The translations under genes were made by a program, and so were the position numbers. This document shows, in pieces, positions 11,244 to 20,095 of a stretch of 64,000 nt of DNA. Origin of the DNA: Macrostomum lignano (taxonomy: Eukaryota); NCBI GenBank assembly GCA_002269645.1, contig NIVC01000010.1, forward strand, positions 682,001 to 746,000, read 5' to 3'. The notes under the pieces are model-generated. The model was not told the DNA's origin. It did no database searches and was given only the letters and a program-made list of their open reading frames with translations. How positions within the stretch are numbered: position 1 is the stretch's first letter; every line of letters begins with the position of its first letter.

Positions 11244-14200
11244 ATGGCATCTGCTGGAAGCAAATCCTGGGTCACCATGCTGTCTCTGTTGGTTGCTGCC
11301 CAACTGCAAGCGAGTTTGGCAGCTGGCGGCTGGGATTACGGCAAGAACGGGCCGAACCGATGGGCCGAGTTGTTTCCGAAATTCTGCGCCGGAGACAAGC
11401 AGAGCCCCATCGATTTGAGCACGCAGACTGCGCTGCAGAATTCGCTGATTAGGAAATACGTGTTCCACCAGTCATCCATTGCGGCTGGCGTTAAGGTGGA
11501 GCGGGATTCTGGGGGCTGGGCCGACCTATTGATTATGCATGCATCATCTATTCTCCCTCTCTTCTCTCCTCTTCTCCCACTCGTCTCTTCCCTCTTCTCC
11601 CCCTCTTCTCTCCCTCTTCTCTCCCTCTTCTCTCCCTCTTCTCCCCCTCTTCTCTCCCTCTTCTCTCCCTCTTCTCCCCCTCTTCTCTCCCTCTTTTCCC
11701 CCTCTTCTCTCCCTCTTCCCCCTCTTCTCTCCCTCTTCTCTCCCTCTTCTCCCCCTCTTCTCTCTCTCTTCTCTCCCTCTTCTCTCCCTCTTCTCCCCCT
11801 CTTCTCTCCCTCTTCTCTCCCTCTTCTCCCCCTCTTCTCTCCCTCTTTTCCCCCTCTTCTCTCCCTCTTCCCCCTCTTCTCTCCCTCTTCTCCCCCTCTT
11901 CTCCCCTCTTCTCTCCCTCTTCTCTCCCTCTTCTCTCCCTCTTTTCCCCCTCTTCTCTCCCTCTTCTCTCCCTCTTCTCTCCCTCTTCTCCCCCTCTTCT
12001 CCCCCTCTTCTCTCCCTCTTCTCTCCCTCTTCTCCCCCTCTTCTTTCCTCTTCTCCCCCTCTTCTCTCCCTCTTCTCCCCCTCTTCTCCCCTCTTCTCTC
12101 CCTTTTCTCTCCCTCTTCTCTCCCTTTTCTCCCCCTCTTCTCTCCCTCTTCTCTCCCTCTTCTCTCCCTCTTCTCCCCCTCTTCTCTCCCTCTTCTCTCA
12201 CTCGTCTCTTCCCTCTTCTCCCCCTCTTCTCTCCCTCTTCTCTCCCTCTTCTCTCCCTCTTCTCCCTCTCTTCTCTCCCTCTTCTCCCATTCGTCTCTTC
12301 CCTCTTCTCCCCCTCTTCTCTCCCTCTTCTCTCCCTCTTATCCCCCTCTTTTCCCCTCTTCTCTCCCTCTTCTCTCCCTCTTCTCCCCCTCTTCTCTCCC
12401 TCTTTTCCCCCTCTTCTCTCCCTCTTCTCCCCTCTTCTCCCCTCTTCTCTCCCTCTTCTCTCCCTCTTCTCTCCCTCTTCTCTCCCTCTTCTCCCCCTCT
12501 TCTCTCCCTCTTCTCTCCCTCTTCTCTCCCTCTTCTCCCCCTCTTCTCTCCCTCTTCTCTCCCTCTTCTCTCCCTCTTCTCCCTCTCCTCTCTCCCTCTT
12601 CTCCCATTCGTCTCTTCCCTCTTCTCCCCCTCTTCTCTCCCTCTTCTCCCCCTCTTCTCTCCCTCTTCTCTCCCTCTTCTCTCACTCGTCTCTTCCCTCT
12701 TCTCCCCCTCTTCTCTCCCTCTTTTCTCCCTCTTCTCTCCCTCTTCTCCCTCTCTTCTCTCCCTCTTCTCCCATTCGTCTCTTCCCTCTTCTCCCCCTCT
12801 TCTCTCCCTCTTCTCTCCCTCTTATCCCCCTCTTCTCTCCCTCTTCTCCCCCTCTTCTCCCCTCTTCTCCCCCTCTTCTCTCCCTCTTCTCTCCCTCTTC
12901 TCTCCCTCTTTTCCCCCTCTTCTCTCCCTCTTCTCCCCCTCTTCTCCCCTCTTCTTTCCCTCTTCTCCCCCTCTTCTCCCCCTCTTCTCTCCCTCTTCTC
13001 TCCCTCTTCCCCCCTCTTCTCTCTTTTCTTCCCCCCTCTTCTCTTCTTCTCCTTTTTTATTTCTTCTTCCCCTCTTCTCCCCCCTCTTCTCTCCCTCTTC
13101 TCCCCCTCTTCTCTCCGTCTTTTCCCCCTCTTCTCTCCCTCTTCTCCTCTTCTCCCCCTCTTCTCTCCCTCTTCTCCCCCTCTTCTCTCCCCTCTCCTCT
13201 CCTATTTCTCCATTAAATCTATAATTCAATATCAATTCCAGTTCACGCTGAAAAACGACGGTCACAAAATCGAATTGAACTGGTCGCCCGAGCTGTCAAT
13301 CACAATGGGCCAGACTGCCGCGGACCAGATGTACACAGCTGCTCAGCTGCACTGGCACTGGGGCAGCTCTGATCAGCAGGGTTCCGAACACACCTTGGAT
13401 AAGAAATCTTACGCAGCCGAAGGTCACCTGGTGTTCTACAATTCCAAAGATTATGCCAATATCAGCATGGCAGCCAGTCGGCCCAATGGCCTGGCGGTTC
13501 TGGGCGTTTTCTACGAAGTGTCGGCCAACGATAATCCTCTGTTTAAAGACCTTGAAAAGGCTCTGGCAAATGACACGCTGATTAATATGGGCGGTGAGTC
13601 TGTGTGTCATTTTATTGGCTCTACGAGTAGTGTAGGTTTTGGGAATGTCTATCTGCACCATAGGATAGGGTTGGGGAATGTCTATCTGCACCATAGGATA
13701 GGGTTGGGGAATGTCTATCTGTGCCATAGGACAAAATTGGGGAATGTCTATCTGCACCATAGGATAGGGTTGGGGAATGTCTATCTGTGCCATAGGACAA
13801 AATTGGGGAATGTCTATCTGCACCATAGGATAGGGTTGGGGAATGTCTATCTGTGCCATAGGACAAAATTGGAGAATGTCTATCTGCACCATAGGATAGG
13901 GTTGGGGAATGTCTATCTGCACCATAGGATAGGGTTGGGGAATGTCTATCCGTGCCATAGGACAAAATTGGGGAATGTCTATCTGTGCCATAGGATAGGG
14001 TTGGGGAATGTATATCTGCACCATAGGATAGGGTTGGGGAATGTCTATCTGTGCCATAGGACAAAATTGGGGAATGTCTATCTGTGCCATAGGAGAGGGT
14101 TGGGGGATGTATATCTGCACCATAGGATAGGGTTGGGGAATGTATATCTGTGCCATAGGACAAAATTGGGGAATGTCTATCTGTGCCATAGGATAGGATT

Positions 14201-15670
14201 TGGGAATGCCTATCTGCACCATAGGACAGCCATGGGCATAGAAAAAGCGCGAAGACTCAAAGCATTTCCTTGGTGCCAAAAAAAGAAATTAGAAGCGGAC
14301 TTAGCTTCCCAGCTATCAACGGCAGGCCAACATTCCTTTGCTAAGTGAGGCATACAGAAAGCAACAAAGAAAATTCGCAAACTTCTTCAATTTCCTGACC
14401 AAGCAATTGGCAGAGCGGGTGTCAGTAGGTGGCATTGCTAAACCAAATTAATTAATGTCTTGCGCTTCCGGCCGAAAATCAAGCAAGCAGTTAATTGCTT
14501 CGAGGAAATAGACTTTTCTCCGAGTTTTTGGTGCCGACTTTATGCATTAGAATGCGTGCAAATTATTAAAAACTTTTGGCGAATTGCTTTTATGATGTAT
14601 CATGGACATGGACAAGGACATGGTTGTGGGAGGATGTCGCCGAAGGCGTTAAAGCATGCAGTTGCCCACAGACCTCATAAAATGGTATTATATTCGATTA
14701 GTTTAATAAGAAAATTTACAGACATACATGTGAGGGGGGCGTAGCCTAGTGGCTTAGAGCATCGGACTTACGACTTGAAGGTCGCGGGTTCGATTCCCGG
14801 TCCCACTGGAACAATAATGTGTGTTCTTGAGCAAGAACTTAACTCTGCATTGCTTCAGTCCACCCAGCTGTAAAATGGGTGCCAGCATTAGCTGGGGTAA
14901 TTGAGGGTGTGTGGCGACCCCCCAGTCAGCGGACTGAACAGCCGTACTCAGCCTTCAGATGCGCCGCGCAATAGCTGCGGCTGAGCTGTCGGTTGCACAT
15001 CTGTCCCAATTAGGGCAGGTGTAATCTATTGAAGCTAAATTGGATTCTCGGCTTGTGGGGGCCCTTGAGGGCCAACCCCCAAGGCACAGTGAGGTGTACA
15101 TGCCTAACGATAAATAAAGTTAGGGCTGCTGTACACTCCTGTGTGAGTGTGTGCCTGTGCGTATGACTCAAGGTATTCGGCGGAATAGGCAGCAATTTGG
15201 CAGGAATGTGCTGTTGACAGCCCCCTGCCTCTAATAAAAACAAGAATATTTCACATTATTCCATCCGCCCTTAAACAGGTGCTGCTGAGGTAGCAGCCAG
15301 GACCGATTTCAACATGTTCAGCACATTCCTGCCGAGCAACCAGGACGAGTTCTTCCGCTATGACGGCAGCCTGACGACTCCAGTCTGCTACGAGTCGGTG
15401 CTGTGGACAGTGTACCGCCAGGCTGTACCCATCAGCGCCAGACAGCTGCAGATGCTACGCCGCCTGCACTACTCCGACAACAGTAGTATGGTGAACAACT
15501 TCCGGCCACCGCTGCCGCTGAACCCGGGCAACCGGCCAGGCACGCCGAGGACGCTCTACCGGACATTCTCGGCCGGGGCTGCCGGCTTGGCGCCAAGCGC
15601 TTTGAGCACTGTCGGCCTCATTCTGGCCGCTCTGCTAGCTGGGCGCTTGTTTGTTGCTGTCGAACTTTGA
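11244..15670 (+). CDS. Alpha-carbonic anhydrase, secreted and probably GPI-anchored (CA4-like architecture); join(11244..11495,13242..13593,15279..15670), 331 aa
   Basis: Signal peptide; WDY...W...C...QSPIDL; NDGHKI; QLHWHWG and GSEH; EGHLVF (three Zn-binding His present); GLAVLG; FFRYDGSLTTPVCYESVLWTV; NNFRPPLPLN; hydrophobic C-terminus. Splice sites AAG|gtggag (11496), ttccag (13241), GCG|gtgagt (13594), aaacag (15278); phases close (996 nt). Confidence 0.95.
11552..13205 (+). repeat. ~1.65-kb pyrimidine-only (CT-rich) low-complexity array in CA intron 1
   Basis: Almost only C/T; units such as CTCTTCTCTCC / CTCTTCTCCCC. Confidence 0.97.
13634..14227 (+). repeat. Minisatellite, 33-bp unit GGGAATGTCTATCTG(CA/TG)CCATAGGA(TAGGG/CAAAA)TTG, ~18 copies, in CA intron 2
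   Basis: Direct reading; starts 40 nt after the donor site. Confidence 0.96.
14734..15025 (+). mobile_element. tRNA-derived SINE with CORE-like central domain
   Basis: Pol III box A TAGCCTAGTGG and box B GGTTCGATTCC, followed by GTGTGTTCTTGAGCAAGAACTTAACTCTGCATTGCTTCAGTCCACCCAGCTGTAAAATGGG, which resembles the CORE-SINE consensus (CTTGGGCAAGTCACTTAAC...CAGTTTCCTCATCTGTAAAATGGG). A second copy lies at 59696-59918. Confidence 0.8.
15033..15205 (+). repeat. Dispersed ~170-190-bp hairpin-forming repeat, copy 1 (copy 2 at 62645-62846)
   Basis: Shared GCTAAATTGGA.TCTCGGCTTG...GCCCTTGAGGGC...AAGGCACAGTGA.GTGTACATGCCTAACGATA.ATAAAGTTAGGGC.GCTGTACACTCCTGT.TGAGTGTGTGCCTGTGCGTATGACT...TCGGCGGAAT. Confidence 0.85.
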
Positions 15671-15918
15671 GCATAGCCTGCAGTACAGGCGAGCTGCTCT
15701 TAACTTCAAACATAAGAGGACAATGCTTTTTAGAGGGGAGCCTGTTGCATTATAAGTGATGTCTATCGTAAATTCTTGGTGGTTTCCACAATTACTAAAA
15801 TAACTAGATGGGGCCACTCAGGCATATATACTACTTAGCAAAACAGCCTTTTACTTTCAGATCAGTAGCAGAGAAGAAAACATAAGCTATTTTATAAAAA
15901 TCAAGGCGGCTGAAATGA

Positions 15919-16372
15919 CTTTGATAATTGTTTATAAGCCAAGCTTGCAGGCGTATACTAATTGGTTCAGCCAGAATGTAAATTGGCCAGTCCACTGAAA
16001 TGTACATGGCAGCTTTCGGCTAGAATTCCGGGAAAGGCAATAAAAATTAGGGCAGGGCACGGGGGGGGGCTTTGATAAGTTTAGAAGCCCAAGCTTGCAG
16101 CCGTAAACAACTTGCTAATTGGTTCAGCCATAATGTACATTGGCCAGTCCACTGAAATGTACATGGCAGCTTTCGGCTGGAATTCCGGGAAAGGCAATAA
16201 AAATTAGGGCAGGGCAGGGGGGGCTTTGATAAGTTTAGAAGCCCAAGCTTGCAGCCGTAAACAACTTGCTAATTGGTTCAGCCATAATGTACATTGGCCA
16301 GTCCACTGAAATGTATATGGCAGCTTTCGGCTAGAATTCCGGGAAAGGCAATAAAAATTGGGGCGGAGCGGG
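15919..16372 (+). repeat. Three tandem copies of a ~150-154-bp unit downstream of the CA stop codon
   Basis: AAGCTTGC recurs at 15941, 16091 and 16245 with near-identical intervening sequence. Confidence 0.9.
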
Positions 16373-17139
16373 GGATAGTGTGGAAAGGCGCGGTTGGAGG
16401 GTCTCAGCTGGGGGTGTAAGAGCCAATAAGTGAGCCTTGGCTTTAAAAATACATTAAAATGCTTTGGTTTAACTTGCTACTGAACTGAAAGTAGCTGACA
16501 CGCAAATGTTATGAGTGGCCCATCTACTTATTTTAGTATCTGTGGTTGTTTCCAAGCCTTAGAGACATATATCATTTAGAACTCGGTTAGCAAACTTAGC
16601 ATGACCGTTCCTATAGATAGGTCTGGAAACCTGAGCACAAAAGCTGATTTTTCCTAAAACTACTCGTAGATCCATTCTCACTAGTTGCTACCCATGAAAA
16701 TGTACAATGCCATGTTATAATAAAACTATATTTCACCAAAGACCTTTAAAAACTAGGCTCACCTCGTTTTAATTAAATGTATCAGTTGAATGACTCTTGA
16801 TGACAAATAGGCTATATTTATTTTGGAAATCAGTTTTGAAAATCTGCGAAACCATGCTATTTCGATTGGTAAGGAATAGTCATTTTTAGATTTCCCAAAA
16901 AAATTTACGAAGCACTTCTTACAGATACAGGCAACACGTGTGTTTGTAGGTCTAATTAATTTGTAAGTTTTAGTTCAAGCACTATTATAGTATAGTTATA
17001 ACAATACATAGTTTATCATATATTCAACCATAGTAAGGAATGAATACAGAACAACTTTGATGAAACCCTACTCTCATTTATAAACCAGCTTTGTTGTTTG
17101 TGTTTTTGCATAAGAGAATGACAACTCGGAGGTTGATGG

Positions 17140-17895
17140 GCGATTCTCAGGTAGTTTGAAGGGATGATGCTTAAGTGTGATGGGTCGGTTCTCAAGTGTG
17201 ATGGGTCGATTCTCAAGTTTAAAAGGGCCGATCCTCAAGTGTGAAGGGTCGATTCTCAAGTGTGAAGATCAATTATCAAGTGTGAAAGGGCAATAGCCGC
17301 AATTATCAAGTGTGAAAAGGCAATAGCCGCAATTATCAAGTGTGAAAAGGGCAATTCTCAAGTGTGAAAGGGCGATTCTTAAGTGTGAAAGGGGCAATTC
17401 TCAAGTGTGAAAGGGCGATTCTTAAGTGTGAAAGGGCGATTCTTAAGTGTGAAAGGGGCAATTCTCAAGTGTGAAAAGGGCAATTCTCAAGTGTGAAAGG
17501 GAAATTCTCAAGTGTGAAAGGGCAATTCTCAAGTGTGAAAGGGCAATTCTCAAGTGTGAAAGGGCGTTTCTTAAGTGTGAAAGGGGCGAATCTTAAGTGT
17601 GGTGAAAGGGGCGATTCTCAAGTGTGAAGAGGCGATTCTCAAGTGTAAAAGGGAAATTCTCAAGTGTGAAAAGGGCAATTCTCAAGTGTGAAAAGGGCAA
17701 TTCTCAAGTGTGAAGAGGCGATTCTCAAGTGTGAAAGGGCAATTCTCAAGTGTGAAAGGGCAATTCTCAAGTGTGAAAAGGGCAATTCTCAAGTGTGAAA
17801 GGGCAATTCTCAAGTGTGAAAGGGCAATTCTCAAGTGTGAAAGGGCAATTCTCAAGTGTGAAGGATCGATTCTCAAGGAGGGTCAAGGGGCGATT
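17140..17895 (+). repeat. Minisatellite, 21-22-bp unit GC(A/G)ATTCTCAAGTGTGAAAGG(G)
   Basis: Direct reading; core related to the 5980-6548 array. Confidence 0.93.
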
Positions 17896-17899
17896 TTCG

Positions 17900-20095
17900 G
17901 AGAGTAAAAGTAGAAGGGTGACTGTTAAACAGGCATGAAATTAATTGAATCAAACAAGATATTACAGATATTTTTGTATATAACAATGGGGGCTATCAAT
18001 TTGAATTAGTTAACTATCATTAGAAAAATTATAACAACGTGGAACCAATGTGTATTTTTATTATTTCGAAGAAAAAAGAGCACAAACAAACAAAAGGTGG
18101 CTAGAGAAACAATTTTGTTTAAATATAATGACAAAAATAAGAGCAGGCTAAAACAGAAACACACAGGGAAATTTTATATATGTGCGAGTTACAGCGAATT
18201 GAAAGAGAGAAAGGAGATACAGCTTGTAATAAAAAACAAAGACACGGCAGCAATTAGTAAAACAAAGAGCGAATTAATATTTACCTGGCCTGAATTTAAA
18301 CGGAGAAATTTCCGGATTTGAATCACACAAACAAATAAGAGGCGATTTTTTGTCGGAGTGAAAAACCGTTAGTGAAAATTATTGGAAAAACTTGGCTCAT
18401 TAATAAAAATATCAATTTCCTTGCCAGTCGAGCGCGCTGTGTCTGTTTTTGTTATAATAATACAAATTTAATGACGTGTGGGCGGATATGCAACACCAAA
18501 GTTGAAAGGCATATATTAAAGGTATTATTGACAGGGGTTAACAGCCGCTGAGAACAATGTGTGTAAATTAAAACTATCAAAACTGTTTGTTCTCAATGAA
18601 TTCTGATTAGAAAAATAACCGCTAAATGAGACTTAAAGATGGTTTTTGCTTTTAAATAAAACAGATTCATTACAACTCTTTCCACTGTAGCTAAACCAGG
18701 AAATAAGAATTATGAAAAAATAAACTTGTATCAAATATTGGTGATTTTTCGTTAACATATAACAATAGGAGTGAACTGAGATGATTAACAAGTGTTAGTA
18801 GTTTATTATATAACATTTAGTAAACTTACATTTGTTATAACAAAAATAATTTAAAAAGCCTGTCATTTATAGCAAAAATAAACAACAAACAAATGAAAAG
18901 AGAAAAAGCGGCAATATATGCTACTAACAGAGTAGGGTGCGACACACAAAACTGGTTTACGAAAATATTAACTGCTCAACTGGGTGGCTATTAACAAAGT
19001 GCGATGGCTTTTGGTGGAAAAAAATAACAATAACAATTAAAACAAAGTAAATACACCCTAAGACAGCGTGAAACAACAACAACAACAGATTAATGTGTGT
19101 ATCGCTAGCAAACGCAGTTCAATAATTACAGAGACAAAAATGGCACAAAATTTTAGCAAAAATAGACGATTAAATACTTATGCAACAATTAGGCTAAATA
19201 AATTGTTAAACAAAACCAAAATTAAAAGCATTCTGTTTCAATAATGAAGATGCTTTTGCAGATTAGTCTATAAATAAAAAAATGGCTAAAAACATTATAA
19301 ATACGATTATTAATATTTTTTTAATTATTATTTAGCTGCAGCGACGAAGTGGCGATGATAAGCACGCGGCGTTGTTTTAATTAAAACTAACAAAAAGCTT
19401 TACAAAAGGACAGATTATATTAACAAAAGCGCAACACAATGTACTACTCAAAAATAGTATATTTTATAAATTTAAAGTTTGCTAACAAATCTTGCAGAAA
19501 GTAATTTGTGTTTTTTGTTCAGTTTCATGAATGATTGAAAAAAATTACAAAACCACGGGGCAATTTTAAGACTGGATTGAAATTCGGTCACGGGGTCAAT
19601 TAAGTAGTTTGCCTTGGCCGTGACAACGAACCGAAAATGAATACGATAGCTAAGAAAAGAAACAATGCGTGTTACTTCACGCTACTAACAGTAACAATAA
19701 TAGAAAAAAGTAGGCGAAAAATAGCAGAATTCAAATCAGCCAACAAAACAATGCTTTGCTATGAAAGAAGCTAAAAAAAGAATAACAGAAAAAAGCAAAC
19801 AGAACCAACAACAGGAAAAGCTTTCTTTTTCTCTCCTAGAAGAATTCCTATAACTAATGATATAACAGTCCGCAGTAGAGAGATGTGTACTAATTAATGT
19901 AATAAACTAATTGTCTTTTTATAATTAATAAAAACAGTCAACAGCAGCGAATAACAGGAAACGAGAATGATAAAATTTAACAGAATAGAGAGAGAGAGAG
20001 AGAGAGTATAGTGGGAGACAAGAAAAGCTTACAAGCGAATTGTAATAATTAACACGCCAGCTAAAGTAAGTGTCCGCTATATCGTGCTGTTATAG
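17900..20095 (-). other. Probable long U-rich 3'UTR of CPEB
   Basis: Lies immediately after the CPEB stop; strong strand asymmetry (A-rich on +, U-rich in sense) with several UUUUUAU and AAUAAA matches. The distal end is not defined. Confidence 0.5.

Noticed and set aside
11163-14348. 1061-aa ORF taken as one protein
   Set aside because: It is CA exons 1 and 2 read through a stop-free CT intron and then into the 33-bp array. Canonical splice sites give a normal 331-aa CA.
14230-14730. LINE-like peptide (QANIPLLSEAYRK) in CA intron 2
   Set aside because: Too short and motif-poor to call.
14734-14806. Bona fide tRNA gene
   Set aside because: Boxes A and B are present, but acceptor and anticodon stems pair poorly, and it runs straight into a CORE-like body that has a second dispersed copy, so it is a SINE head.
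15033-15205. Hammerhead ribozyme in the hairpin repeat
   Set aside because: No CUGAUGA...GAAA core on either strand.
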